A DNA stretch of 64,000 bases from the human T2T-CHM13v2.0 reference genome, Homo sapiens. The notes beneath the pieces were generated by a model, which made no database searches, had not been told where the DNA came from, and saw nothing but the letters and a program-made list of their open reading frames with translations. Each line of letters starts with the position of its first letter. The first letter of the stretch is position 1. The stretch is from NCBI RefSeq assembly GCF_009914755.1, contig NC_060944.1; one strand, 5' to 3'. Position numbers and translations under genes: made by a program. Of the stretch, positions 25,780 to 52,050 are shown one piece after another.

Positions 25780-26765
25780 TGTTACGGGTTGAACCCCCCG
25801 CCCCCGCCTCCCAAATTCATGTTGAAGCCCTAACCCCTCATATTTCAGAATTCCACCTTATTTGGAAATAGGTCGTTGCAGATGCAATTAATTAAGATGA
25901 GGTCGCTGGGGCTGGACACGATGGCTCACACCTGTAATCCCAGCACTTTGGGAGGCAGAGGCAGGCAGATTGCTTGAGGCCAGGAGTTTGAGACTAGCCT
26001 GGCCAACATGGTAAACCCCCGTCTCTACTAAAAATACAAATATTAGCCGGGTGTGGTGGCGCACGTCTGTAATCCCAGCTACTCAGGAGGCTGAGGCACA
26101 AGAATCACTTGAACCGGGAGACGGAGGCTGCAGTGAGCTGAGATTGCGCCACTGCACTCCAGCCTGAGTGACAGAATGAGACCCTCTCAAAAAAAAAACA
26201 ATGAGGTTACTGGGGGCCCCTAATCCAGTATAAGTACCCTTAAAAGGGGAAGAAATTTGGACACAGGTCGGCACGAAGCGGCAGCGGCGGAGGCCCCGGC
26301 AAGAGGCTGGAGAGAGGCCTGGAGCAGACCCCCAACACCCTCCCAGAAACCGCGGCGGGCCGACAACCGAACCTCAGACCCCCAGCACCCTCCCAGGAAC
26401 CGCGGTGGGCCGACAACCGAACCTCAGACCCCCAGCACCCTCCCAGGAACCGCCGCGGCCGACGACCGAACCTCAGGCCCCCAGCACCCTCCCAGGAACC
26501 GCGGTGGGCCGACAACCGAACCTCAGGCCCCCAGCACCCTCCCAGGAACCGCCGCGGCCGACGACCGAACCTCAGGCCCCCAGCACCCTCCCAGGAACCG
26601 CCGCGGCCGACGACCGAACCTCAGGCCCCCAGCACCCTCCCAGGAACCGCGGCGGGCTGATGCCCAAACCTCAGACCTCCGGCCTCCAGGACTGGAGGGA
26701 ACAGATGTCTGTTGTTTACGACGTTCCCTTTGTGGCCCTTTGACATGGCAGCCCCAGGTCACTGA
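25780..26765 (+). mobile_element. MLT1 LTR interrupted by an Alu (25909-26200) and internally expanded into a VNTR
   Basis: ccttatttggaaataggtcgttgcagatgcaattaattaagatgaggtc ... cagacctccggcctccaggactg ... catggcagccccagg. Confidence 0.75.
26326..26680. repeat. 49/50-bp CpG-rich VNTR, about 7 copies
   Basis: TCCCAG(G/A)AACCGC starts at 26341, 26391, 26441, 26490, 26540, 26589 and 26638. Confidence 0.95.
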
Positions 26766-27428
26766 CGCCCCGTTTCTACCACCAAAGAGCGCGATGCCAC
26801 AGACGCCAACAGGAGGAAACACGTTTCTGGGCAGCTCTGCCCACTCTTGCGAAGAAACCCACCAACCCGGCTCCCCCAGGGCACCTCACCAGCAGGAACC
26901 AGGCGTGGGCACCATCCCCCAGGATGCCATCCAGGCAGGGACCAGTGTGGGCACCATCCCCCAGGGCGCCTCACCAGCAGGAACCAGGCACCTCCCCTCA
27001 CACCAAGGCGTTCATGGTTTACCTTCTTCTGAAAAAATTAAGGTTAAGACATGAATACTGTGAAACTGTCGTACAAATTAAATTTCATATACATCATATT
27101 ACCATTGTTCGTGGTCGCATTTCAAAATTTTTAAGTGAGCTCCTGACTAGAAAACACTCCAAGACATGTTAGCAGAGTCGTCTTTCGACAGCGAGACCGG
27201 TGGTACTATCCACATCATCTCCAGTGAGCAAGTGGGTGCTGGCGATGAGGACTTTAGGTTTTCCACATGGCAGCCCCCATGTGGCCATCTGAAGATGCAA
27301 AGCCATGTCTGCCGGCCCCGGGCTGCCCAGGCCCCGGGCTGCCCAGGTCTCTGTCGGAGGCCCTGCCAGCCCCGCCCCTCCCTGCCCACTGGCCCCTTTC
27401 AGTTCCTTCATCTCCAGCCTGGCTCTGA

Positions 27429-31539
<4,111 letters not shown>

Positions 31540-33100
31540 TGAGGCAGCGGGTCTGGCTTACAGGCGGCGCCTCAGGGCTCGCTCCCCCTCCGAGCGGGTC
31601 TCACTCCCAGAGCGGGGCTCGCCCGGTGTCCGGCCTCTGAGGCCGTGTGCCCAAGTCCCCACCTTGTGCGGCACAGGCCCTTCCCACAGGGGACACTCAC
31701 GGAAGCTGAACGGACCTTCCCACAGGGGACACTCACGGAAGCTGAACGGACCTTCCCACAGGGGACACTCACGGAAGCTGAACGGAACTTCCCACAGGGG
31801 ACACTCACGGAAGCTGAACGGACCTTCCCACAGGGGACACTCACGGAAGCTGAACGGACCTTCCCACAGGACACTCACGGAAGCTGAACGGACCGACGGA
31901 GGTGGCGTGGATGAGCAGCAGCCGCCTGAGCAGTGAGGAAACCCCGCGGACAGCGCGGTAAGGACCCCACCCAGATTACTGGATTTCACGGCCGGCCGCC
32001 TTCGATGGAGGAGTCCTCAGTCTCCACATCCGCACGGCACAGACGGAGGGGGGCCCATGGGGCCCCAGCGATGAACCTGTCAGGGGTCCCCTGTATCCTG
32101 TAGGCCAGTCAAGCCATCCTTCCCAGCCCCTGCCCCGGGGGCTGAGCGCAGGGGAGGGCCCGGAAGGCAGACGCCACGGAGCCCGGGGCTTCAGGGGGGC
32201 GTGGGGCGGAAGCGGGGCCAGGGCGGAGGTCACGGACAGGGTCATCCGGACCCACAAGGAGTCTCAGCCCCGGGCCCGGCGGGAGGGAAGGGGGAAGCCA
32301 GGCTCTTCCTCCTAGGGCAGGTCCTGGGCTCCGGGGCAGTGTGACCTCCTGCCCCTAAGCGAGTCCTGCCTCCCCATGAGACCTGAGCTCCTCCAGCGTG
32401 GGTGGGAGGCGGACAGAGCCTCCCCCAGAGAAGGCCCTCCTCCGTCCAGCGCTCGGCCAGGACAGGCGCCAAGGCCGCCTTAAGAAATAAAACCAGCAGG
32501 CGCGGTGGCTCACGCCTGTAATCCCAGCACTTTGGGAGGCCGAGGCGGGCGGATGGTGAGGTCAGGAGATCAAGACCATCCTGGCTAACACGGTGAAACC
32601 CCGTCTCTACTAAAAAATACAAAAAAAAATTAGCCGGGCGTGGTGGGGGCGCCTGCAGTCCCAGCTACTCGGGAGGCTGAGGCAGGAGAATGGCGTGAAC
32701 CCGGGGGGCGGAGCTTGCGGTGAGCCGAGATGGCGCCACTGCAGTCCAGCCTGGGCGGCAGAGCGAGACTCCGCTTCAAAAAAAAAAAGAAAAAGAAAAA
32801 GAAAAAAAAAAAAGAAAGAAAACTCCATGATTCATGAGGTAAGACCTGGGAGCTGGCGGCTCGGTGCTCCGGTGCTGCAGAGGCACTCAAGGGGCTCTCC
32901 ACGTTCGCCTTCCACGTTCCCCTTCGCAGGGACCGCAGCGCCTGGGGCACTTCGCCATGGGCTTGGCTGAAGTGGGCACTAAAGGTGCAGACTCGGTGGA
33001 GCCAAGGGGGGCAAGGTCAGCAGCCCTGGGGGCGCAGCCCTGGGGGCCCCGCCGTGGGCCACGCCCAGCGCGTCCAGTCCTCATGGCCGCGTCTATTCCA
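31540..33100. promoter_or_regulatory. Intronic CpG-rich region; candidate enhancer or antisense promoter (possibly the ZBTB46-AS1 5' end)
   Basis: Local CpG retention, including a CpG-rich AluY at 32495-32820, and plus-strand donors GCG|GTAAGG (31958) and GAG|GTAAGA (32839). The antisense lncRNA assignment is from memory only. Confidence 0.4.
31681..31894. repeat. 36-bp VNTR, 6 copies (TTCCCACAGGGGACACTCACGGAAGCTGAACGGACC)
   Basis: Units start at 31681, 31717, 31753, 31789, 31825 and 31861; the last unit lacks 2 bp. Confidence 0.97.
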
Positions 33101-34269
33101 GGAATGGGGTCCTGGGGTTCGGTACAGGCCTGCTGGGGTGGCGGCCCCACATCTTGCCTGTGTCCCCCCATATTATGCTCAAGGGAGCAACAAAGGCCAC
33201 CCCTGGGTCCAGGCCTCAGGAGCTCACAGGAGCCCTGAGCCCAGAAGACAGCAGCGCCCTCACGCGGTCCTCAGCAAACCTGCCAGAGCCCAGCAGGTGG
33301 AGAGGACTCCGGGAGACAGCAGGAGCTCCGCGACCTCCCTTCCTCTCCCCTCTTCTCCCTTACGAAGTTAGCCGTGTGGTGGCCAGTGTGGCTTAACTCA
33401 ATGATACAATTTTAAAGATTTCTGGAAAGGACTTAAAAGACACGTGCTTGACTCTGAGAAAAGATTTCAAGGCCAGGCCAGAATGGTGGCTCATGCCTGA
33501 AATCCCAACGCTGAGGGAAGCTGGGGCGAGCAGATGGCTTGAGCCCAAAAGTTCAAGACCAGCCTGGGCAACATGGTGAGACCCCATCTCTACAAAAAAT
33601 AGAAAAAATTAGCCGGGCATGGTGGTGCACACCTGTAGTCCCCGCGACTCTGGAGGAGGAAGTGGGAGGATCCCTTGAGTCGGGAGGTCGAGGTTGGAGT
33701 GAGCCAAGATGGCACCACTGTACTCCGGCATGGGTGACAGAGCAAGGCCCTCTCTCAAAAAAAAAAAAAAAAGAAAAGAAAACTCTAAATACATGGAACT
33801 GGCAAACATTAACGTAATGTCAATTACAAAGGTGGCCGTGACACAGGAGGCCCAGAGTGGGGCGGCCCTTGAAGCAGCCTGCAGCGTGGGGATGAGGCCT
33901 GCAGATGCCTCTGCCTCTTTGACTAATTCCACTTCTGAGACTCTGCCCCAAGGAAATAACCCAAAAAGCTAATTGGTTCCAAGATGTTCCAAGCACTGCT
34001 ATGGCTAACAGTGACAAACAGAAAAAGACCCAAACACTCGACAACTCGAAGATGGCCCAGAAAACCGTGAAGTATTAAAACTGAGCAAAACCCAATTCCA
34101 GGAACATTAAAAATGCCAGTCACGTGGATGCTTAGAAGTTTATCAGAAATTAACGGGAAGAAATGAGAACAGAAAGCCCAGCTGGTCGTGTCTGCACAAG
34201 CTCACACACACTGACCACACTCAGGATAGGCACCAAAACCCCCCTTCCCCTCGCAAACCAAGGTCCTTA

Positions 34270-35045
<776 letters not shown>

Positions 35046-36026
35046 CTAGGGGCAAGAGACGACAACAGGTGGACAAGATGCGAGCCACCAGCCCACTAGG
35101 ACCTCGGAGCTGCCATGGGGTGGGTCTCCCTGAAGAAGAGTCAAGCAGCCTTCCTCTCCCCAGCCCCACCCCACCTCTCATACAGAAGACACTACAGCCC
35201 CAGGCCTCCCAGCTTCTGACTTCCAGGAGCAGAAGTAAGTTCTTCCACAGGGCAGGAGGGGCCCTGGAAGGATACGACTGTCACCTCCTCTGAAAGTATT
35301 TCCAGGAAGCCCACTGTGCTCATAGCCATAGGCAACGCAGAGAGCAGGAAGATCTCGGGGGTGCAGAGAGGGGGTGGCCCATAGGTGACGCAGACAACTG
35401 ACCCTGACCCCTGGGCCCAGCAGAGATCTGCACGTGTGAGGGTCAGCTCTGAGCTGGGCGACGGGCCAGCCGGCTCACCTTGCAGCCAGGTGAGCTCTAC
35501 CCCGCTGGGAAGAGAGCTGCTGCTGTCTGACTCCCTGCCACATGAGGACTCAGGACTCACTGGGCAGGTGAGCCATGGTGCAGGAACAAACCCCTTTCAT
35601 CCAACTCTGCCATAAGACAAAATGTTAGAATCACAGTCCCTGTCACTAAGTAGCACATCTATTTCACCAACTCCCACTTTTCTACCAGGTCTGGCTCATA
35701 CATCGTTCAGACCAAGTACTTGCCTGGGAAAAAAAACTAAAGTAAAAATAGCTCTTAGACTCCAAACGTGGAAGCATTAAAATATTCAAAAGAACTGACC
35801 CTGCAGATATTGAAACAAGGCTTTAGTGCTGACCCACCAAAGTGGCGGCGATCTTTTCGGAACAAAACTCTCACTAATAGGAAAACTCCAAATTCAGGCA
35901 AAATTTGCATCAACTTTTCCTACATAAAAAAAAGAGAAGCAACGGTAAACTACATTTGCATTTTTAGTAAAAACTAAATGAAAATCAACTTGAAATAAGA
36001 AAATTAACATTAAAATTTTTCACAAG

Positions 36027-38227
<2,201 letters not shown>

Positions 38228-38971
38228 TTAAAATAATAATATAACTTTTACAAAACTGGGAAAATATACAATCCAGCGATGCAAATGCGGTGAGAGAGAA
38301 TCTCATCTGGAAACCCACAGGCAGCCCCACCCCTCAACAGGAGGCCCAAGACCTGCCTCTGCAGGGGGAGAGAACCCCAAGACCTGCCTCCTCCCACCCC
38401 CAGGCAAGGGTCCTCATTTGGGGTTGACCTCCCAGAGGAGTGCAGCAAGCCTGGGCCTCAGGAGTCTGACTGTGGGTGACAAGCCACAGACACAGCCATG
38501 TCCACATCGCACCATGGCCACCGCAGGCAACTTAGAATGCTCGATACTCACCCTACTTCGGAATTAGGAATATCAGATGCACCATTCACAATGCTATGTG
38601 CTAAATTAAAGTTCCACATGTTACTACCTCACAAACCAAACTTTCCTGAATTTTAGCAATGATATTTCAGTAGTTGCTACCCTTCATTTTCCAGGGATCT
38701 TACTGGATGCACTAAAAATGCTATTGTGAGCTGATCATGGTCTCACATGCCTGGGGTCCCAGCTACTCAGGAAGCTGAGGCACAAGGATCGCTTGAGCCC
38801 AGGACGTCAAGGCTGCAGTGAGCTGAGATTGCGCCACTACACTCCAGCCTGGATGACAGAGCAAGACCCTGTCTCAAAATAAACAAACAAAACATGCTAT
38901 TCTGAAAAGGGGCCACAGCTCACCAGCTGCTGAGAAGACACAAAAGGCCGAGAGCCCAAGTCTGAGCTGAA

Positions 38972-39960
38972 GGCACAGGTGCAGTGGGCCCAGGTGCAGT
39001 GGGCGCAGGTGCAGTGGGCACGAATGCAAGTGCAGTGAGTGCAATGGGTGCAGGTGCAGTGGGTGCAGGTGGGCACCGGTGCAGTGAGTGCAGGTGCAGT
39101 GGGCAAAGGTGCAGTGGGTGCAGATGGGCACAGGTGCAGGTGGGCATAGGTGCAGTAGGTGCAGGTGCAGTGGGTACAGGTGGGCACAGGTGCAGTGAGT
39201 GCAGGTGCAGTGGGCAAAGGTGCAGTGGGTGCAGGTGGGCACAGGTGCAGGTGAGCACAGGTGCAGTGGGTACAGGTGGGCATAGGTGCAGTGAGTGCAG
39301 GTGGGCACAGGTGCAGTGAGTGCAGGTGCAGGTGGGCACAGGTCCAGTGGGTGCAGATGGGCACAGGTGCAGGTGAGCACAGGTGCAGTGGGTGCAGGTG
39401 GGCACAGGTGCAGAAGGTGCAGGTGCAGTGGGTACAGGTGGGCATAGGTGCAGTGAGTGCAGGTGGGCATAGGTGCAGTGAGTGCAGGTGCAGGTGGGCG
39501 CATGTCGAGTGGGTGCAGGTGCAGTAGGTGCAGGTGAGCACAGGTGCAGTGGGTACAGGTGGGCACAAGTGCAGAAGGTGCAGGTGCAGTGGGTACAGAT
39601 GGGCATAGGTGCAGTGAGTGCAGGTGAGCACAGGTGCAGTGGGTGCAGGTGCAGTGGGCACAGGTACAGTGGACACAGGTGGGCACAGGTGCAGTGGGTG
39701 CAGGTACAGTGGGCACAGGTGGGCACAGGTGCAGTGGGTGCAGGTGCAGTGGGCGCAGGTGCAGTGGGCACAGGTGGGCACAGGTGCAGTGGGCGCAGGT
39801 GGGCACAGGTGCAGTGGGTGCAGGTGCGGTGGGCACAGGTGCAGTGGGCACAGGTGGGCACAGGTGCAGTGGGCGCAGGTGCAGTGGGCGCAGGTGGGCG
39901 CAGGTGCAGTGGGTGCAGGTGCGGTGGGCACAGATGCAGTGGGCACAGGTGCAGTGAGCA
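38972..39960. repeat. About 1-kb degenerate simple-sequence array built from GCAGGT / GCAGTG / GGCACAGGT modules
   Basis: Direct reading; all three minus-strand frames are open only because the modules lack stop codons. Confidence 0.97.
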
Positions 39961-40417
39961 AGGCAAAGGGGGTGCCCAGAGGAGGGCCCGAGTCCTGCTT
40001 CGGATGGGGAGGCACAAGCAGCCGCAACACTCAGCTGCCCCTCTTGGCTCCATCTCTGCTCACCCCCAACATGACTCCCTCCCCACCCACCCCGTGTCTC
40101 TCCTCACAGGCTAGCAGGCTCACATCACCCAAGATACTCAAAGCATCTCCCCCATCTGCATAACCCAGCAAAGCAAGGACTCCATGACCTGCTGTGTACC
40201 CAGGCCAGGAACCTGACCTGCCACAGGCCCAGGGCTGCGTGCACACTGGCTGAATGCATTAGTTAATATTTTGGTGACGCTGGTTACTTGCCACCTCTGC
40301 TGTAAATAACAGCAGCGTCAAGGATACAGTGGCCACGAGAGGTAGCAGCTGCTGATGTGTGGAGAAGCCTCCATAGAGAAATACGTGTGGAAGATGCATC
40401 AAGAAAACCCAAGCTGT

Positions 40418-43165
<2,748 letters not shown>

Positions 43166-43851
43166 TCACTCAGACCCTTCCTGACCCTGACTCTCAGGCT
43201 CACCCGGAGGCGTCTGTGATCACAGCTCTGCTTCCTGTGAGGGCTCTGCCATGGGCACTCGACATGGCCTTACACAGACACAGGGTCCCACAGACGATGG
43301 GACCTCCTACCCTCCCTTCTCCCAAGGTCTCTAGCAATTTCCACACTGAAGAAAGCAAAAACAGCAACAGTGTCCCAGGGGCCAGACCAGAGGTAAACGG
43401 ATTAAAACGACCACTTCTCGGCCTCCCTGAATGTTACTGCAACGTCTAGTGAAATCCAGTGAGCAGCCGTGAAAATGGCTTTAACTAGATGGGATATCAG
43501 AGTTAGTGCCACCTCGTAACTCCCTGCCTCACTCCGCCAACAAGTAAGAAAAGCAACTGGGACGCTCGGAGCACTGACAGCCGCTTTGTCAGTCACGGGA
43601 CACGCATTTCACCGTCCAGCAGAGGGTGTCTGCTAATGATTTCCGAAAAGTTCTTCAAAACACTCCGAAGTACAGAACAAGTCTACATACAAACTAAAAT
43701 AAAAGCAACGAAATACTATAGATGTATTTCCATATATCACCGTAGGCAGCGAAACATAACCATTTCCTCAGGCAAAAACATGCAAACTCCCAGTGTATGA
43801 CGTTAGCAACGTATAACGAAGAAAAGAAAGCAAAAGTCATAAAAACAGTAA

Positions 43852-47530
<3,679 letters not shown>

Positions 47531-47678
47531 AATAATTCAGACCAGAAAAAAGGACAATATCCACGTCACACTGCATCCCTGACCACACACTTCCCAGAAC
47601 AAGTTTTCTCGTTGTGGTGTCTTCCAATTCCTTTTCCTCTGTCCTGATTCCTGTCCTGAACTTTGTCCTCTAGGAACC

Positions 47679-47681
<3 letters not shown>

Positions 47682-47725
<44 letters not shown>
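47682..47725. repeat. (TG)22 microsatellite
   Basis: Perfect dinucleotide run. Confidence 0.97.
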
Positions 47726-47727
<2 letters not shown>

Positions 47728-48498
47728 CTTTGGGACTGCTCCGTTTTCTGTTTGTAAAAGGAAATGTAAACCGTTGAATGGGCTCCCCACAGGACTAACG
47801 TAAACGACCAGATTACACTTGAGAAGTGGAGATTTTGAGTGCAGAGAGGAGGCTGTAGGCGAATCAAGGCTTCTTTAGAGACCAGAGGCTCAGGGCAGGG
47901 TCGCTGGCCAAAGTCCTCTGTTTCCTTGAATGGGTAACAAGCAGACACGTCCCACCTAAGCATCAGGGCCACCTTCGAGGTTGAGCAGCCGGCCTCCCTG
48001 AAGCATGGGAAATTCCGAGTCTTGTGGGTCTGCAGATTCCACACTGAAATGGGAGGAGGAAGAAATGGGGCTGGACCTGGACAAACAAGTGCCTTCTTCA
48101 GCCAGTCTGTCCTCCACCCCTAAAGGAGCTGAATAATCTCTACTTCTTTCGAAAATACCTAAGCTGGCTTTGAACTTGCCAAATAAAAGGATACTGCCAT
48201 TCACCAGATTCAATAATTTAAATGGCATGGAAAGAGAACACCCATTTTATTCAAATAGGGCCACACCGAGACAAGAAAGACTACAGACCATGTTGTCTTG
48301 AAAGCTAATTTAGCAAATATCAGAAAAACTCACTTGGCGGTTGCCACAAAAGCCCTGAACCACGCCCTTTTTCCTGAAAGCTCAGGGTCTGCAGGACAAC
48401 TCAGAGATTCTAATCCCACCCAAAATTTCACGTGGCCAAGGAACACTTACCGCCTTCCCCCACCCCCGTTCCTCTGGGTGCTCTGAGAGGTGATGTTT

Positions 48499-49058
48499 CC
48501 ATCACTGCACCCCCATCTCACCGTCATCAAACCCTCCCTCCCCCATCTTCCCATCACTGCACCCCCATCTCACCGTCATCAAACCCTCCCTCCCCCATCT
48601 TCCCATCACTGCACCCCCATCTCACCGTCATCAAACCCTCCCTCCCCCATCTTCCCATCACTGCACCCCCATCTCACCGTCATCAAACCCTCCCTCCCCC
48701 ATCTTCCCATCACTGCACCCCCGTCTCACCGTCATCAAACCCTCCCTCCCCCATCTTCCCATCACTGCACCCCCGTCTCACCGTCATCAAACCCTCCCTC
48801 CCCCATCTTCCCATCACTGCACCCCCGTCTCACCGTCATCAAACCCTCCCTCCCCCATCTTCCCATCACTGCACCCCCGTCTCACCGTCATCAAACCCTC
48901 CCTCCCCCATCTTCCCATCACTGCACCCCCGTCTCACCGTCATCAAACCCTCCCTCCCCCATCTTCCCATCACTGCACCCCCGTCTCACCGTCATCAAAC
49001 CCTCCTTCCCCCATCTTCCCATCACCGCACCCCCGTCTCACCATCATCAAACCCTTCC
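48499..49058. repeat. 52-bp VNTR, about 10.8 copies, C-rich on the plus strand
   Basis: CCATCACTGC recurs every 52 bp from 48499 to 48967; the unit at 49019 reads CCATCACCGC. Confidence 0.97.
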
Positions 49059-49059
49059 T

Positions 49060-50680
49060 GGCTGGGTGCAGTAGCTCATGCCTGTAATCCCAGCACTTTG
49101 GGAGACCGAGGCAGGCGGATCACTTGAGGTCAGGAGTTCAAGACCAGCCTGGCCAACATGATGAAACCCCATCTCTACTAAAAATACAAAAATTAGCCGG
49201 GCGTGGTGGCGGATGCCCATAATCCCAGCTTCTAGGGAGGCCAAGGCAGGAGATTCGCTTGAACCCGGGAGGCGGAGGTTGTAATGAGCCGAGATCTCGT
49301 CACTGCACTCCAGCCTGGGGGACAGAACAAGACTCCGTCTCAAAAAAAAAAAAAAAAAACCCTCCCTCCCGCCCACCATCTCACTACCATCAAACCCCTC
49401 CCTCCCCGCTTCCCAGGGCCAGTTGTCCCCATGCTGCACAAACAGCCCTGGGCACTTTGTGTCAACAACTCTGTTTTCTGGTTCTATCCCTGCACTTGCT
49501 GCTCCTCCAACCAGAACAGCCTTGCTCCACTTCTCAGCCTCTGCAAAGCGGCTGGCTATGGCCAATGAGTGGATTATGAGTGTGTTTCTAGAAAGCCTGT
49601 GTGTCTGGATGTGCCCCTCCACAGCCCAGAAATCAACAACCAGGCCTTCGAGTTTCTTCATAACTCAGAAGCTTCTAATCTCTGTGACTTTTTGTGGGAT
49701 TCTTTCAGGGAAGTCAGTTGGGAAAGCGGCGAATCAACACTGCGACAGGTAATGCTTAGCTTGGGCCGACTTCTCGTTCTTCTGCCCAGTTAAGAGCCAT
49801 AGTTTTGCTCCCCATGCCCCAGCAGATAAGCAAAGCCTCTGTCCATCCGGCGGGTGACCCACACTAAGAAGACGACTTGCCCAGAGTAACGTGGGCCACG
49901 CGGTCCAGGTGTGTCCACCTCTCACAAAGGCAGCTGTCAACACCGGGAGTTCCTAAGCCCTCTGCACGTAGCCCAAGGCACAGCAGTGCCCCTCTCCACA
50001 TCTCCACAGAGGAGCACCGACGCAGGCCTCGTGTGCAGCGATATGCCAGCGAATGGGAAGGCTTTCTGTGCAAGAGGCTTCATTTTCTTCATTTTCTTCA
50101 GAGTGGTTGGAAGAGATGATGTGATGCACTTTTGTAAACGAAAATGTCTTACAAACAAAGTATCTGTGTGTCCCATGCAAGCAGCAATGCTGCCCGACTT
50201 TCAGATAAATGAAGACATTTTTAGAAACTGATTGTTCACACACATATGTGGCTCTTTTCCATTTTGGGGGAAACTGAGAAGGACTGAGTCGCTAGTAAGT
50301 CAGAGATGCTCAAAGAGAAACCAAGAGGAGCCCGGGGGCGACACCTGGGCCGACAATGACAGGCCCAGAGAAGAAATGCTTTGGCTGGGCACGGTGGCTC
50401 ATGCCTGTAATCCCAGCACTTTGGGAGGCCGAGGCGGGTGAATCATGAGGTCAGGAGATCGAGACCATCCTGGCTAACATGGTGAAACCCCATCTCTACT
50501 TAAAAAAAAAAAAAAAAAATTAGCCGGGCATGTTGGCAGACGCCTGTAGTCCCAGCTACTCCGGAGGCTGAGGCAGGAGAATTGGGGTGAACCCGGAAGG
50601 TGGAGCTTGCAGTGAGCCGACATCGCGCCGCTGCACTCCAGCCTGCGCGACAGAGCGAGACTCCCTCTCAAAAAAAGAAA
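49060..50680 (+). mobile_element. Alus at 49060-49359 and 50383-50680
   Basis: Alu consensus; AAACCCT(T/C)CCT flanks the first and AGAAATGCTT flanks the second. Confidence 0.88.
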
Positions 50681-51270
50681 TGCTTCACGGATGACTTTTC
50701 CAAAAAGACAGCGAGTGTCCTTGGGAAGGCATTATGTGTGCTGAACCAAGTCTTCAGAAGGTACAACGTGAAACTCAACTGCTCCTCATGCCTACCCCCA
50801 CAGCTGACCAGCTCCCAAAAGCTGCCTCCTACGTACAGTGGCCCTGCCCTCCGGCCAGCAATCCACTCTCCGGGAAGCAGGGTTTGGAATATGACTCGCT
50901 CCACCAGGACCGGATGACTGCCAGGTCTGGAACCGTGCGGGTGGATCTCCGAGTGGACTCCCTTCCCTCGAGTCACCTTTGGGCTCCGGTGCCACTCCCC
51001 ACAGCAGTCCCCACAGCAGTCCACACAGCAGTCCAGGCACCCTCCTCCCAGCCTTGGGCCGTTTCTTGCCAGCCTCTGCCAGCCACCACACTGGGTCACA
51101 TCAGTGGTTTCTGCGTGCCCCCAACCCACCTCCGTGGGAACTTTGTCACCAACCTGGCCCAAAGTCTGGTCCACAGCAGGCCCTCAGTAACACCAAAGAG
51201 CTGTCATGAATAGGAAACCCCGAGTGTCTCCGGTAAGACGCAAAAGCCCATCTGTCAAAACACAAAAGAT

Positions 51271-51584
<314 letters not shown>

Positions 51585-51834
51585 CCACAAAAGATCTGCA
51601 AATGCTTTTGAAAAATACACTAATGTTTCTCAACTTTCTATTCTAAAACAGCTATGGTAGCAAATTTTTAATCCAGATAATGATGTTTAGAAGCATTTAA
51701 TAATTTTAAATTGTAAATTAGAGTAAAACGGCACTGCTGATACTCAACTATGCAACAGAACTATTCAACAGAACACTTTGCATAAATCATACTTAGGTCA
51801 AATTTCACTGGTTTCATTTGTTTTTATGCTTTAA

Positions 51835-52050
<216 letters not shown>

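Noticed and set aside
31681-31894. 36-bp direct repeats of CRISPR-like length
   Set aside because: Head-to-tail with no unique spacers, no cas genes, and human DNA.
38874-40053. Three overlapping 325-377 aa His/Cys/Pro-rich ORFs resembling metal-binding proteins
   Set aside because: All frames are open because the repeat modules lack stop codons; low complexity, with no splice or promoter support.
43612-43695. Possible minus-strand cassette exon (ttttattttag ... ACG|GTGAAA)
   Set aside because: Weak donor and ambiguous acceptor; unsupported without RNA data.
48432-49127. Repetitive ORFs at 48432-49127, 26257-27054, 59467-60521 and 319-1034
   Set aside because: Translations of minisatellites.
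49415-51250. Unique sequence with many short ORFs; possible processed pseudogene
   Set aside because: No recognisable protein similarity, poly(A) tail or TSD; more likely ordinary intronic or enhancer DNA.
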